Positions 9,965 through 20,681 of a stretch of 64,000 bases of DNA are shown one piece after another; the first letter of the stretch is position 1; every line of letters begins with the position of its first letter. This DNA comes from Acidimicrobiia bacterium (GTDB lineage Bacteria > Actinomycetota > Acidimicrobiia > Spongiisociales > ZC4RG35), in assembly GCA_965215185.1 (NCBI GenBank), contig OZ244034.1:1120001-1184000 (forward strand). Direction: 5' to 3'. Below the pieces are notes generated by a model that saw only the letters and a list, made by a program, of their open reading frames with translations, had not been told where the DNA came from and did no database searches. Position numbers and translations under genes: made by a program.

Positions 9965-10795
9965 ATGGCCTTTGCCCTGGCAGGACTCACCGCCCTTTTC
10001 TACGGCTCAAGCCATTTCGCCGGAGCATTGGCAACTCGCCGGGCCTCGGTCTTGGCCGTCACCTTCTGGGCCAATGCCGTGGGGCTGGTCCTGGCGGTAT
10101 GCGCGGCGGTGGTCCATCACATTGTCGTAGGGGACACAGTGACCTTCACAGACCAAGCCTGGAGTGCCTTGTGCGGAGTAGCGGGAGTCGTCGGGGTGGC
10201 CTTCTACTTGCAAGGACTGGCCAAGGGACAGATAGCGGTAGTAGCTCCAGTCTCGGCAGTGACGCAGGCGATCGTTCCTTTTCTGTTCTCGGTAGCAGTG
10301 GGAGAACACCATACGGTCTCAGCCTGGGTGGGGGTGCTGGTGGCCATTCCGGCCCTATGGCTCACCGTTCACCGGCAGAAAGAACAAGGCCGGCCCGGAC
10401 GGGCATGGTACGGACTGGCGGCAGGTCTGGCCTTCTCCCTGTTTTTTGTGACAATTACCCAAACCTCACCGGAGGCCGGGTTCTGGCCACTGGTGACGTT
10501 GCGAGTCAGCGGCTTGGTACTGCTGGGAATATTCTTCCTGGCACGGCGAACGGCCCCCGCTGTTCCCTCCGAAGCCCGGCCGATGACGCTTTTGTCCGGC
10601 GGTTATATCCTGGCCAACCTCACCTACCTGCTGGCAACACGGATCGGACCGTTCGGGCTGGTCACGGTGACCGCTTCTTTCTATCCGGTGGTCACCTCCC
10701 TGCTGGCTGCGGTGGTGGTAAAGGAGAAGATACCCCTGCAACGCATGGCGGGTATGGCGCTGTCGGTTGTCTCTCTGGCGTTGATCACCATCTAA
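9965..10795 (+). CDS. EamA/DMT family transporter, paralogue 2
   Basis: Same architecture as 9131-9961; 276 aa. Confidence 0.88.
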   Translation: MAFALAGLTALFYGSSHFAGALATRRASVLAVTFWANAVGLVLAVCAAVVHHIVVGDTVTFTDQAWSALCGVAGVVGVAFYLQGLAKGQIAVVAPVSAVTQAIVPFLFSVAVGEHHTVSAWVGVLVAIPALWLTVHRQKEQGRPGRAWYGLAAGLAFSLFFVTITQTSPEAGFWPLVTLRVSGLVLLGIFFLARRTAPAVPSEARPMTLLSGGYILANLTYLLATRIGPFGLVTVTASFYPVVTSLLAAVVVKEKIPLQRMAGMALSVVSLALITI

Positions 10796-10985
10796 TCGCC
10801 ATCAGGCGCGGGCGGCCACCGACGTGGGCTGGCATGGGTGGTCCCAAGAGGGTGCCCCGACCCTTTAACCGGCTTGTAACAAGGCAACAGATCTGTAAAC
10901 CACTAGTCTCTGCTTAGCCCACCCTCGTCGAAACCCGGCTTTCTCTGCCCTTGTTTACCCACTCCTCATCTTTTACCGGTGTCCC

Positions 10986-11816
10986 ATGGCCATTGCTCTG
11001 GCTGTACTGACTTCTATCCTTTACGGGGCCTTCGACTTCGCTGGGGGATTGGCAACCCGGGGGGCGCCTGTTTTTGCGGTGGCCTTCTGGGCCAACATCA
11101 TGGGGCTAGGCCTATCCCTCCTTATAGCCGGAACCCACCACATCTTGGTGGGGGCTTCCTTCGCCTTCTCCGACATTGCCTGGGGAGCGTTTAGCGGGGT
11201 GGCCGGGGTCGCTGGAGTGGTCTTCTACTTTCAGGGACTGGCTAAGGGACGGATGGCGGTGGTTTCACCGGTATCTGCGGTTACCTTGACAATGGTGCCC
11301 TTCCTGTTCGGATTGCTTACGGGCGAGACCTATGCCCTACTGTCATGGATAGGAGTGGCCCTAGCCATACCAGCTTTGTGGCTGACCGTCGCCAACCGCC
11401 AAACCCAGAACCGCCCCGGGAAGGCCGCATACGGATTCGCGGCCGGCATGTTGTTTTCCCTGGTCTTTATCGGCTTAGCCCAGATCTCCCCGGAGGCCGG
11501 TTTCTGGCCCCTGGTGACCTTCAAATGCGGCAGCCTCGCATCGGTGGGGATTATGGTGAAGGTCCGCAGAGTTCCACTCCGGATGCCAAAGAGAGAATGC
11601 ACGCTGGCCATGATGGCAGGGGGCAGCGTTCTGGCCAACCTTACGTACCTGTTGGCGGTGCAAATCGGCCCCTTGGGACTGGTGGCCGTGGCCTCGGCTT
11701 TCTATCCGGGGGTCGTCGCCTTGTTGGCCTTCTTTGTGGATAGGGAGAGAATCTCCCCCTATCGGGCTGCTGGCCTAGCGCTCTCGGTGATCGCTTTGGC
11801 GCTAATTGCTATGTGA
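10986..11816 (+). CDS. EamA/DMT family transporter, paralogue 3
   Basis: Same architecture; 276 aa. Confidence 0.88.
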   Translation: MAIALAVLTSILYGAFDFAGGLATRGAPVFAVAFWANIMGLGLSLLIAGTHHILVGASFAFSDIAWGAFSGVAGVAGVVFYFQGLAKGRMAVVSPVSAVTLTMVPFLFGLLTGETYALLSWIGVALAIPALWLTVANRQTQNRPGKAAYGFAAGMLFSLVFIGLAQISPEAGFWPLVTFKCGSLASVGIMVKVRRVPLRMPKRECTLAMMAGGSVLANLTYLLAVQIGPLGLVAVASAFYPGVVALLAFFVDRERISPYRAAGLALSVIALALIAM

Positions 11817-11830
11817 ACCACCGAGTCAGA

Positions 11831-12271
11831 TCAGCGCAATACCAACCGGGCGCCCAATATCAGGAACATGATGCCCAGCAGTTTGCTCAATGAGATCTCT
11901 CGAACCGGTGCGCCCATCCACCCGAAGTGGTCGATTATGGTCCCGCCGGTAAGTTGTGCGGTGACCAATAGCATCGAACCGGCCAATACCCCCACCCTGG
12001 ACACCGTGAAGGCGATACTGCTAATGATCACGATACCGGCGAGCCCCGCCAGGTAGAGATAGGGGGGGATGCCCTGCCATTCGGCGAGACTTGGGCTTCG
12101 GGTGGCCAGCAAAAACACACCAAGCACCAGCGCGCCGACCACGAAATTGGCTGCAGTGCCAGCCATCATCCCCACTCTTTGTTCGAATTGCCCCATCATC
12201 TGGCTTTGGATGGCGGCCAACACCCCTCCCACCAATCCGAATAGCACCACCACTAACGCACTCACCGTCAC
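11831..12271 (-). CDS. DMT family transporter (YdcZ/DUF606-like)
   Basis: AIQSQMMG, NFVVG, PPYLYLAGLAG, AQLTGGTIIDHFGWMG motifs. Confidence 0.85.
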   Translation of the reverse strand: MTVSALVVVLFGLVGGVLAAIQSQMMGQFEQRVGMMAGTAANFVVGALVLGVFLLATRSPSLAEWQGIPPYLYLAGLAGIVIISSIAFTVSRVGVLAGSMLLVTAQLTGGTIIDHFGWMGAPVREISLSKLLGIMFLILGARLVLR

Positions 12272-12387
12272 TGAGGTTAACCAAAGACGCGGTTGGCTTT
12301 TCTATTCTCTTCAGCCCTTATTACTGATTTTTCTTCTGCATGGCTTTACAATCAGTTTTGAATTACAATTTGTTCACAAGCCAGTGA

Positions 12388-12562
12388 CGCGACACGGGAG
12401 AGTCTCGCTAGTCGAGACGCCGAAGGGGCAAATCCTCCCAGGAATCTCTCAGGCCACAGGACCGTGTTGAAGAGGCAGAGCTGAAGAAGGCGGAACGCAC
12501 CGCCGCCGAAGGAGCAAACTCCGCGAACCGGAGCAAAACTCTCAGGTAACCGGGACAGCAGG
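12388..12562 (+). promoter_or_regulatory. Tandem glycine riboswitch upstream of gcvP
   Basis: Two aptamers with conserved elements: GGGAGAG...CGCCGAAGGGGCAA...CTCTCAGG and GAAGA...CGCCGAAGGAGCAA...AACTCTCAGGT; directly 5' of gcvP. Confidence 0.92.
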
Positions 12563-12596
12563 GAGGACCAAGTAGACGCTGCCCGAGGAGAACACC

Positions 12597-15446
12597 ATGT
12601 CCAGCCGCCAACCCCTTGATTTCGCTGACCGACATATCGGGCCTCGGGGCAACGACATCGAAAAGATGCTGAAGGTGATCGGCGCCGAGTCCTTGGGCCA
12701 ACTGATGAGGGAGACGATACCGTTTTCGATCCGCTTGGATCGCGAACTCAATCTACCCGCTGCTCTCGGCGAGCCGGAGGCGCTGGGGAACCTGAAGGAG
12801 ATCGCCTCCCGGAACCAAGTGATGACTTCGCTGATCGGGCTGGGCTATTACAACGTCCACGTCCCTTCGGTGATCCAACGCCAGGTATTGGAGAATCCCG
12901 CCTGGTATACCGCCTACACCCCCTATCAGCCCGAGATTTCCCAGGGTCGTTTGGAGGCGCTGCTCAATTTTCAGACCATGGTCTCGGATCTCACCGGAAT
13001 GGAAGTGGCCAACGCCTCCCTTCTGGATGAGGGAACAGCGGCCGCCGAAGCCATGACCATGGCCCGTCGGATTTCCCGCCGTCGTCGCGCCACGCGGTTC
13101 TGGGTGGACACCGACACCTTTCCTCAGACCATCGAGGTGATCCGTACCCGCGCCCAATGGATGGATATCGACGTGGCGTTGGATCATCCCGAAGACATGG
13201 ACTTCCTGGACGGAGAATCATTCGGAGTGCTATTCCATTACCCGGGAGCCAGTGGGCAGGTGCGGGACCTCAGCAAAGCGGTGGAAGAAGCCCGAGCCGC
13301 CGGGATGGTGGTAGTTGTGGCCACCGATCTCTTGGCTCTCACTTTGCTGGCCCCGCCGGGGGATTGGGGAGCGGACATTGCGGTGGGATCCTCACAACGT
13401 TTCGGGGTTCCCATGATGTTCGGAGGCCCCCACGCCGGATTCATTGCCACCCGCGAAAGGCATGTACGCTCTCTCCCCGGACGGTTGGCGGGGTTGTCCG
13501 TCGACTCCAATGGAGATCCGGCCCTGCGGTTGGCGCTCCAAACCCGGGAACAACATATTCGCCGTCAACGAGCCACTTCCAACATTTGCACTGCCCAGGT
13601 GCTCTTGGCGGTGATGGCATCCTTCTATGCCTCATGGCATGGCCCACAGGGTCTAACCGCCATTGCCCGGCGAATCAACCGGCTCGCTGCGCGGATGGCG
13701 GCAGGTCTCCGTTCGGCGGGATGGGGACTGGTCAACTCCGCTTGGTTTGACACACTGTCGGTAAGAGCCGGAGAGTCAGCCGACCTGGTGATGGACACCG
13801 CACTGGCAGCCGGCATCAACCTGCGGCGCATCGACAGGTACACCGTCGGGATTTCCTTGGACGAAACAACCGATGAAGAAACCGCAACCCGAGCACTCTC
13901 CGCCTTCTCAGCGGACCTTCCCGCCACGGGTAACACTCCAGCGTTCCCTCAAAATCTGGCCCGGCAAAGCTCTTTCTTGAGCCATCCGGTGTTCAACAGT
14001 TATCACTCCGAGCACGAAATGCTCCGATACATCCGGCGTTTGTCGGATCGTGATCTCGCTTTGGACCGGACCATGATTCCGCTGGGATCCTGCACCATGA
14101 AGCTCAACCCGGCATCGTCGATGATCCCGGTCACCTGGCCGGAATTCTGCAACATGCACCCTTTTGCCCCGATCGAACAGGCTGAAGGGTATATGCAGCT
14201 TTTCTCGGACCTTGAGGACTGGCTGATCGAGATCACCGGCTATCAGGCGGTATCACTTCAGCCCAACGCCGGATCCCAGGGGGAACTGGCCGGTTTGGCG
14301 GCGATTCGCGCCTACCACCAGGCACATGGCGAAGACCACCGTCGGGTGTGTCTCATTCCCTCCTCCGCGCACGGGACCAACGCCGCTTCGGCAGTGATGG
14401 CCGGCATGCGCATCGCGGTGGTCAAATGCGATGAGCAGGGAAACATCGACCTGGTGGACTTGAAGGACCAAATAGCCCGCCAAGGAAACCAGCTAGCGGC
14501 GATCATGATCACCTATCCCTCCACCCATGGGGTGTTTGAGGACAGCGTTAGACAGGTGTGCGAAATGGTGCACAACGCCGGTGGCCAGGTGTATGTGGAT
14601 GGGGCCAACCTCAACGCCTTGGTGGGCCTTGCCCAGCCGGGCGCCTTTGGCGCCGACGTCTCCCACCTCAACCTCCACAAGACCTTTACCATTCCTCATG
14701 GGGGAGGGGGCCCGGGAGTGGGTCCGGTGGCGGTTCGGGCTCATCTTGCTCCGTACCTCCCCAACCATCCCCTGCAGTACGCGGCCGGACCCTCCACCGG
14801 TATCGGCCCCATCGCCGCGGCTCCCTGGGGGTCGGCGGGGATCCTCCCCATTCCCTGGATGTACATGAGAATGATGGGAGGAACGGGCTTGAAGAGAGCA
14901 TCAGAAACGGCCATCCTGGCGGCCAACTATCTAAAAGACAGGCTTTCTCGAGACTATCGGGTCCTGTATGTGGGAGAGCAGGGGAGAGTGGCGCACGAGG
15001 TGATCATCGATCTTCGGGAGTTCGTCGACACGGCCGGCGTGAACGCCGAGGATGTGGCCAAGCGTCTCACCGACTACGGCTTCCATGCTCCCACCCTCAG
15101 TTTCCCCGTTCCCGGCACCCTGATGATCGAACCGACCGAATCCGAGCCCTTGGCGGAACTCGACCGCTTCTGTGCAGCAATGTTCTCGATCCGGGAGGAG
15201 ATTCGACGAATAGCAGATGGGGAGTGGCCCCAGAACGACAACCCTCTTCACCATGCGCCTCACACTGCCCGGGTGGTGACCGCGGATCACTGGGATCGTC
15301 CCTACCTCCGGTCCACCGCGGCCTGGCCCGTCCCCGGCCTAGCGCCCGACAAGTACTGGTCGCCCGTGGGTAGGGTCGACTCGGTAACGGGGGATCGCAA
15401 CTTACAGTGCTCCTGTCCGCCTATCGAATCCTATGTCGAAGAGTAA
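12597..15446 (+). CDS. gcvP: Glycine dehydrogenase (decarboxylating), glycine cleavage P protein
   Basis: [58 protein letters not shown]. Confidence 0.97.
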   Translation: MSSRQPLDFADRHIGPRGNDIEKMLKVIGAESLGQLMRETIPFSIRLDRELNLPAALGEPEALGNLKEIASRNQVMTSLIGLGYYNVHVPSVIQRQVLENPAWYTAYTPYQPEISQGRLEALLNFQTMVSDLTGMEVANASLLDEGTAAAEAMTMARRISRRRRATRFWVDTDTFPQTIEVIRTRAQWMDIDVALDHPEDMDFLDGESFGVLFHYPGASGQVRDLSKAVEEARAAGMVVVVATDLLALTLLAPPGDWGADIAVGSSQRFGVPMMFGGPHAGFIATRERHVRSLPGRLAGLSVDSNGDPALRLALQTREQHIRRQRATSNICTAQVLLAVMASFYASWHGPQGLTAIARRINRLAARMAAGLRSAGWGLVNSAWFDTLSVRAGESADLVMDTALAAGINLRRIDRYTVGISLDETTDEETATRALSAFSADLPATGNTPAFPQNLARQSSFLSHPVFNSYHSEHEMLRYIRRLSDRDLALDRTMIPLGSCTMKLNPASSMIPVTWPEFCNMHPFAPIEQAEGYMQLFSDLEDWLIEITGYQAVSLQPNAGSQGELAGLAAIRAYHQAHGEDHRRVCLIPSSAHGTNAASAVMAGMRIAVVKCDEQGNIDLVDLKDQIARQGNQLAAIMITYPSTHGVFEDSVRQVCEMVHNAGGQVYVDGANLNALVGLAQPGAFGADVSHLNLHKTFTIPHGGGGPGVGPVAVRAHLAPYLPNHPLQYAAGPSTGIGPIAAAPWGSAGILPIPWMYMRMMGGTGLKRASETAILAANYLKDRLSRDYRVLYVGEQGRVAHEVIIDLREFVDTAGVNAEDVAKRLTDYGFHAPTLSFPVPGTLMIEPTESEPLAELDRFCAAMFSIREEIRRIADGEWPQNDNPLHHAPHTARVVTADHWDRPYLRSTAAWPVPGLAPDKYWSPVGRVDSVTGDRNLQCSCPPIESYVEE

Positions 15447-15632
15447 ACGCCTACAACCTTCGATTTGACTCAGCACATGAAAATGGGGATTCGAGCCTCG
15501 CTAGTTGATTCTGTTCTGCCACCTCAGGATTGGCTGCACAGCCCGACTGTCCTGCAATGCAAACCCCCACAAAGTGTCCCACCCCGCGGTAGAATAAATG
15601 TCCAGGAGTTGGGATAAGAAAGGCAAGGATCG

Positions 15633-16232
15633 ATGCCCACTAGTACGGATGAACTGGTGACCCTGGTTACCAAAGCCCAACAGGCCACAAATAACCTTGA
15701 TTCAGAACTGCGACGAGTTGCTTTTGAGCGGGTGCTCGATCATCTTCTTTCGAATTCCGCCGCTGCTGACGCAGCGAGACCGAACCGCCAAGCATCCCGG
15801 GATGTCGCTGGAGTGGCCAAGCCAGACGCTGACGGTGTTTTAGCAGACACACAACAGCGAATAGACGCAATAGCCCGCTACTTCAAGATCTCGCCTGAAG
15901 TTGTGTACCACATTTTCGATACTTCAGAAGAAGACCCAAAACTAGTGCTTTCGACCAAACAACTGGCGGAAGCCAAGGCCCAGGCCACTCGGGAGATCAC
16001 TCTGCTGGTGGGAGGGGCCCTCACCGCTCTAGGGCTTCAGACAACAACCTCTCAAATCAGAGAAGTGGCCGATGACTACGGAAAACTTGACAGTCCCAAC
16101 TTCATGACAACCCTGACGAACCTTGAGGAAATATCAGTCCTGGGCAAGCCCAGATCGCCTAACCGGATCATACGCATGAAGGTCGCTGGAGTAGAAGCTG
16201 CACAGGCTGTTGCTGGGCGCATCGTCAGTTGA
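15633..16232 (+). CDS. Hypothetical protein, possible C-terminal winged-helix domain
   Basis: 199-aa ORF with RBS (AAGGA) and upstream TAGAAT; lower-GC codon usage by eye; no family confidently recognised. Confidence 0.65.
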   Translation: MPTSTDELVTLVTKAQQATNNLDSELRRVAFERVLDHLLSNSAAADAARPNRQASRDVAGVAKPDADGVLADTQQRIDAIARYFKISPEVVYHIFDTSEEDPKLVLSTKQLAEAKAQATREITLLVGGALTALGLQTTTSQIREVADDYGKLDSPNFMTTLTNLEEISVLGKPRSPNRIIRMKVAGVEAAQAVAGRIVS

Positions 16233-16308
16233 TCAACTCGAATGAAGGGAGGGGCAAAGGTGACCGACTCAGGCAGGGCTAAGCCTGATTGGCAGCTAAC
16301 CAGCAGGT

Positions 16309-16743
16309 ATGACTTCTTTTAGTAGCTTCCACCAAGAGGTCGGTATCGCTGCCAATCTCTTCAAAGATGGGCACTACGATGATGCTGTCCGAAAGGCTTC
16401 TCAACGCTTTGTCAATCGCGTCCAGGAGTTGGCAGACCGTCTTGATCTCGACGGCGTCGGGCTGATGAACAAGGCCTTTTCACATAAATCTCCGCTACTC
16501 GAATTCAATGATCGTGAGACTTTGATCGAACGTGATGAGCACGATGGGTACCGGTTCCTTGCGGTTGGCCTTACCCAGGCGTTGCGAAACGTTCTCACAC
16601 ACCATGACAACTACGGGTTGGAGGCCGTTCCCGCCCTTGAATGGATGGCATTCATCAGTGCCATGCATCGCCGCCTCGACCAAGCCCAGCAAATCCCACA
16701 AGATTCATCTACATCAATGACTCCGCGGACCGACGCAAATTAG
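16309..16743 (+). CDS. TIGR02391 (Ymh-like) family protein
   Basis: H.EV...LFKDGHYDDAV..A, DG..LM..AFS, E.DE..G...L..G....RN...H motifs. Confidence 0.8.
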   Translation: MTSFSSFHQEVGIAANLFKDGHYDDAVRKASQRFVNRVQELADRLDLDGVGLMNKAFSHKSPLLEFNDRETLIERDEHDGYRFLAVGLTQALRNVLTHHDNYGLEAVPALEWMAFISAMHRRLDQAQQIPQDSSTSMTPRTDAN

Positions 16744-17224
16744 GCAATCTGCTTTGGGTTATGCCGGCCGGTGCCACTAGCAGCCACAGGACTGCAGCCC
16801 ATGGCACCTCAAACATCTGTCGCAACAGGATGAGATTTCGTCGAGGGCCGGGAAATGCCGGAAGTGTTTTTGAATCGACCATCAGCCATCTTATACGGTC
16901 ACGCCCCCGGTCCTGATAACGCTCCAGCCGGTCATCGGCCGACTCTGACGATCTCTTCCGCTCAAGGGTTGTCCGACCTCGGCGACAAGTTCGATCAGAT
17001 ATTGGTGGGTGGACTCGCGAATTCCATAGTGTCCCACTTGACCAAGGCTTCTTCCTGATGCAAACTTGGACAGTTCAATATTGCCTGCCTCGGTTGTCTG
17101 GGAATCACTTCAAACCATCATCGTCTCCTTGCAACCATTCATACAGAGATATCCAACTTCCGCGACAGTCTTTTGAACGCCTAACCGGTAGGCTTGACTC
17201 AATCTTGAAAGCAAAAGGCGCCAT

Positions 17225-17740
17225 ATGGATCGTGTTCCGCGCCGACTAGCTTCTCCTGTCATCCACCCCGCGGCGTACATCGCCTCCACCGCCCGAATAT
17301 TTGGTGATGTGGTGGTGAAAGCCGACGCGGTGGTGATGTTCGGCGTGCTGATCCGAGCCGAAACGGAGCGGATCGTGGTGGGGGAGGAGACCAATATCCA
17401 GGACAACTCGGTACTCCACGCCGACCGGGGATTCCCGACCCTGGTGGGCAGGCGAGTGACCATAGGCCACTTGGCCTTGGTGCACGGGTCAGTGGTGGGA
17501 GATCACTGCCTGTTGGGGATGGGCGCCATCGCCCTCAACGGATCGGTTATGGGAGAAGGGTCGTGGTTGGCTGCCGGATCCGTGCTGGGAGAGGGAAAAG
17601 AAATACCACCTTGGACCATCGCGGTGGGAACACCCGCCCGTCCTCTCCGAGAACTGCGTCCCCACGAGATCCAGCGCGCCGAGATGGGCATTGAGGAGTA
17701 TCTGACCTTGGGCGCCACCTACCGGCGCATAGAAGGATGA
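17225..17740 (+). CDS. Gamma carbonic anhydrase family / PaaY-like hexapeptide-repeat protein
   Basis: IRAE, TNIQDNSVLH, VTIGH.A.VHG, LGMGA motifs. Confidence 0.9.
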   Translation: MDRVPRRLASPVIHPAAYIASTARIFGDVVVKADAVVMFGVLIRAETERIVVGEETNIQDNSVLHADRGFPTLVGRRVTIGHLALVHGSVVGDHCLLGMGAIALNGSVMGEGSWLAAGSVLGEGKEIPPWTIAVGTPARPLRELRPHEIQRAEMGIEEYLTLGATYRRIEG

Positions 17741-17815
17741 GATCCGCCCGATCCGTGCGGCCCTGACCAGCCGAAAGCGAAGCCGTCCCAGCCCCGGTCC
17801 GTCGGCTTTGTGGAT

Positions 17816-18517
17816 CTAGCCGACGGCCAGTTCACGCATCTCAAAATCACCGCCACTGTGTTCGCGCAACTGCTCGGGCCGACCCGCCAGGATGGGAAAC
17901 GTCCCGAAATGCATTGGGATCACAGTCTCCACCCCCAGGAGATGTGCGGCCTTGGCCGCCGAGCGCGGATCCATGGTGAAATGTCCCCCGATCGGAAGGC
18001 AGGCGATGTTCGGTTCCCATAGCTCTCCAATCAACCCCATGTCCCCGAAAACATCGGTATCACCGGCGTGGTAGATGGTGGATCCCCCGGGAAAGTCAAG
18101 TACCCAACCGCCGGCTGAACCACCGCTGATTATTCCTTCCTCGCCAAGGATGCCCGAGGAATGAACCGCGTGAACGAAGGTGCCCTTCACCCCGCCTGGA
18201 GCCAACACCGTGCCGCCTTTGTTGAGGGGGATTGTTTGATCGTCCTCCAAGCCCTGCTGCATCAGCCAACTCTTTATTTCGAAGATCGAGAAGACGGTGG
18301 CGCCGGTGGACAACGCAATGGATGCGGCATCGCCGAGGTGGTCGAAATGACCATGGGTTATGAAAATAGCATCGACCTTCTCGGGGCGTTTCTCGTCCGT
18401 GGGACAGAGGGGATTGTCTCCGAGGAACGGATCAATCAGAAGAGTGGTGCCGTCGTCAAGTCGAAAGCGGAAGGCGGCATGCCCCAGCCAGGTGATCTCC
18501 ACTCCATCAAGTTGCAT
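17816..18517 (-). CDS. Metal-dependent hydrolase (UPF0173, metallo-beta-lactamase fold)
   Basis: ITWLGHAAF, THGHFDH, AVHSS, YHAGDT, LPIGGHFTM, IPMHFGTFP. ATG 18517 follows AAGGAG. Confidence 0.9.
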   Translation of the reverse strand: MQLDGVEITWLGHAAFRFRLDDGTTLLIDPFLGDNPLCPTDEKRPEKVDAIFITHGHFDHLGDAASIALSTGATVFSIFEIKSWLMQQGLEDDQTIPLNKGGTVLAPGGVKGTFVHAVHSSGILGEEGIISGGSAGGWVLDFPGGSTIYHAGDTDVFGDMGLIGELWEPNIACLPIGGHFTMDPRSAAKAAHLLGVETVIPMHFGTFPILAGRPEQLREHSGGDFEMRELAVG

Positions 18518-18562
18518 GGTCGTTCTCCTTGAATCGCGTCTACACCTCCCAATATTAGCATC

Positions 18563-18591
18563 TTGACTAACGAACGATCGTTCGTTAGAGT
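18563..18591 (+). promoter_or_regulatory. sigma70-type promoter of paaA overlapped by a perfect 22-bp palindrome (probable TetR/PaaR operator)
   Basis: TTGACT-17 nt-TAGAGT; CTAACGAACGA|TCGTTCGTTAG at 18567-18588; ATG of paaA 7 nt downstream of the -10 box. Confidence 0.8.
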
Positions 18592-18598
18592 GGCGGGT

Positions 18599-19537
18599 AT
18601 GAAAGACGAGCATTCCGGCCGAGCCCGCTTTCAAGCATTGCTGGCTGCCGAGGAGAAGGTGGAACCCGCCGACTGGATGCCAGATGGTTATCGCAAGACG
18701 CTTATTCGCCAGATCGCCCAGCACGCCCATTCCGAGGTGATCGGGATGCAGCCGGAGGGCAATTGGATAAGCCGCGCTCCCACACTCCAACGCAAAGCCA
18801 TTCTGATGGCCAAGGTCCAAGATGAGGCGGGGCACGGGTTATACCTCTATTCAGCAGCCGAGACTCTGGGCATCACCCGGGACGAGATGATGCGTCTGCT
18901 TCATGAGGGCAAGCACAAATATTCCTCCATCTTCAATTACCCAACCCTCAGCTGGGCCGACATCGGCTGCATCGGATGGCTGGTGGACGGAGCCGCCATC
19001 ACCAATCAGGTGATGCTGACTCGCTGCTCTTACGGCCCCTATGCCCGGGGCATGGTGCGGATCTGCAAAGAGGAGTCCTTCCATCAGCGGCAGGGTTTCC
19101 AGATCATGGCCACCCTCAGCCGCGGAACCCCCGCCCAGCGGGAGATGGCCCAAGACGGACTCAACCGATGGTGGTGGCCTTCACTGATGATGTTCGGACC
19201 ACATGACTCGGAATCCACCCACAGCCAACAATCCATGGAGTGGAAGATAAAGCGGGTATCCAACGACGCTCTGCGACAGCAGTTCGTGGATATGACTGTG
19301 CCGCAGGCCGAATTTCTCGGATTGCAGATCCCCGACTCGGATCTTCGCTGGAATCCCCAGCGCGGGCACTACGACTTCGGGGAGATCGATTGGGAGGAGT
19401 TCTGGGCAGTGGTGAGGGGCAACGGACCGATGAATAGGGAGCGAGTAGATCATAAACGGGCCGCCTGGGAAGAGGGCGCCTGGGTTAGGGAAGCCGCGGC
19501 GGCCTATGCCGCCGGCCAAGCGGGAAAGGTCGCCTGA
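18599..19537 (+). CDS. paaA: 1,2-phenylacetyl-CoA epoxidase subunit A
   Basis: [53 protein letters not shown]. Confidence 0.97.
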   Translation: MKDEHSGRARFQALLAAEEKVEPADWMPDGYRKTLIRQIAQHAHSEVIGMQPEGNWISRAPTLQRKAILMAKVQDEAGHGLYLYSAAETLGITRDEMMRLLHEGKHKYSSIFNYPTLSWADIGCIGWLVDGAAITNQVMLTRCSYGPYARGMVRICKEESFHQRQGFQIMATLSRGTPAQREMAQDGLNRWWWPSLMMFGPHDSESTHSQQSMEWKIKRVSNDALRQQFVDMTVPQAEFLGLQIPDSDLRWNPQRGHYDFGEIDWEEFWAVVRGNGPMNRERVDHKRAAWEEGAWVREAAAAYAAGQAGKVA

Positions 19538-19887
19538 TGTCCTATTCTGTTCCCCGCCTGCCCGAAGAACGAGAGTCCGACTTCGCGCCGCAGAGCCAAG
19601 GTGGGCTCTCCGGGTGGCCGCTGTGGGAGGTCTTCATTCGCCAGCGCCGGGGGATGTCTCATGTCCACGCCGGGAGTCTCCATGCTCCGGACGCGGAGAT
19701 GGCCCTCCAATCCGCCCGAGACGTTTACACCCGCCGGGGGGAGGGAATCAGCCTGTGGGTGGTGAAGTCATCGCAGATTACCTCCTCCGACGCCGACGAC
19801 GCCGGGGCCCTGTTCGAACCCACCGCAAGCAAGCCGTACCGTGACGCCACCTACTACCCGGTTCCCGAAGAGGTGAAGTGGCTGTGA
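19537..19887 (+). CDS. paaB: 1,2-phenylacetyl-CoA epoxidase subunit B
   Basis: WPLWEVFIR, HAGSLHAPDAEMAL..ARDVYTRR.EG.SLWVV. Confidence 0.95.
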   Translation: MSYSVPRLPEERESDFAPQSQGGLSGWPLWEVFIRQRRGMSHVHAGSLHAPDAEMALQSARDVYTRRGEGISLWVVKSSQITSSDADDAGALFEPTASKPYRDATYYPVPEEVKWL

Positions 19888-20681
19888 ATCCAGTCGTGGG
19901 CTCGACCTTGTCGGAAACCGCCGCCGGAACCCACCCCCTCTTGTTTGGCTATGTGCTCCACCATGCCGATGACAATCTGGTTCTCGCCCAACGGATGTCG
20001 GGATGGATTTCACGCGCTCCGGATCTTGAGGAAGATATAGCCATGGCGAACATCGCCTTGGATCTGTTGGGCAGGGCGCGGATGCTGCTGGACTATGCAG
20101 GGCAACTGGAAGGAAACGGCCGGTCCGAGGATCATTTGGCGATGTTCCGCTCCGAGCGAGAGTTCACCAACCTTCTTCTGGTTGAGCAGCCCAACGGCGA
20201 TTTCGCTCATACCATGGTTCGCCAGTTCCTTTACGATGCATATCAGGTCGAGCTTTGGGAAGGACTTCGCATTTCACAGGATGCTTTTTTGGCGGGCATC
20301 GCCGGAAAGGCCATCAAAGAGGCCCGTTATCACCTGAGGCACTCATCGAATTGGATATTGCGGCTCGGAAAGGGTACCGGGGAGAGCCATCGACGAACCC
20401 AACAGGCTGTAAACGGCTTGTGGCGTTTCACTCCGGAGATGTTTGAAGTAGAAGAGACAACCCAAGAGCTGGCTGAATCCGGGATCGCCGTCGACCCGGT
20501 CCAGATGCAGGCGGCGTGGGATCGGCTTGTACAGGAAACCTTCTCGGCGGCCGGGTTGCGGATCCCTACCGACGGTTACTCACGTTCAGGTGGACGGTTA
20601 GGTCTTCACACTGAACACCTGGGATATTTACTGGCGGAGATGCAGTGGATGCAACGCTCCTATCCGGACATGGAATGGTGA
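19884..20681 (+). CDS. paaC: 1,2-phenylacetyl-CoA epoxidase subunit C
   Basis: ADDNLVLAQR, APDLEEDIAMANIALDLLG, EQPNGDFA, KEARYH, GLHTEHLGYLLAEMQ. Confidence 0.95.
   Translation: MNPVVGSTLSETAAGTHPLLFGYVLHHADDNLVLAQRMSGWISRAPDLEEDIAMANIALDLLGRARMLLDYAGQLEGNGRSEDHLAMFRSEREFTNLLLVEQPNGDFAHTMVRQFLYDAYQVELWEGLRISQDAFLAGIAGKAIKEARYHLRHSSNWILRLGKGTGESHRRTQQAVNGLWRFTPEMFEVEETTQELAESGIAVDPVQMQAAWDRLVQETFSAAGLRIPTDGYSRSGGRLGLHTEHLGYLLAEMQWMQRSYPDMEW

Noticed and set aside
16744-17224. Short ORFs between the TIGR02391 gene and the gamma-CA gene
   Set aside because: Frames are short and interrupted; probably decayed DNA that I cannot identify.
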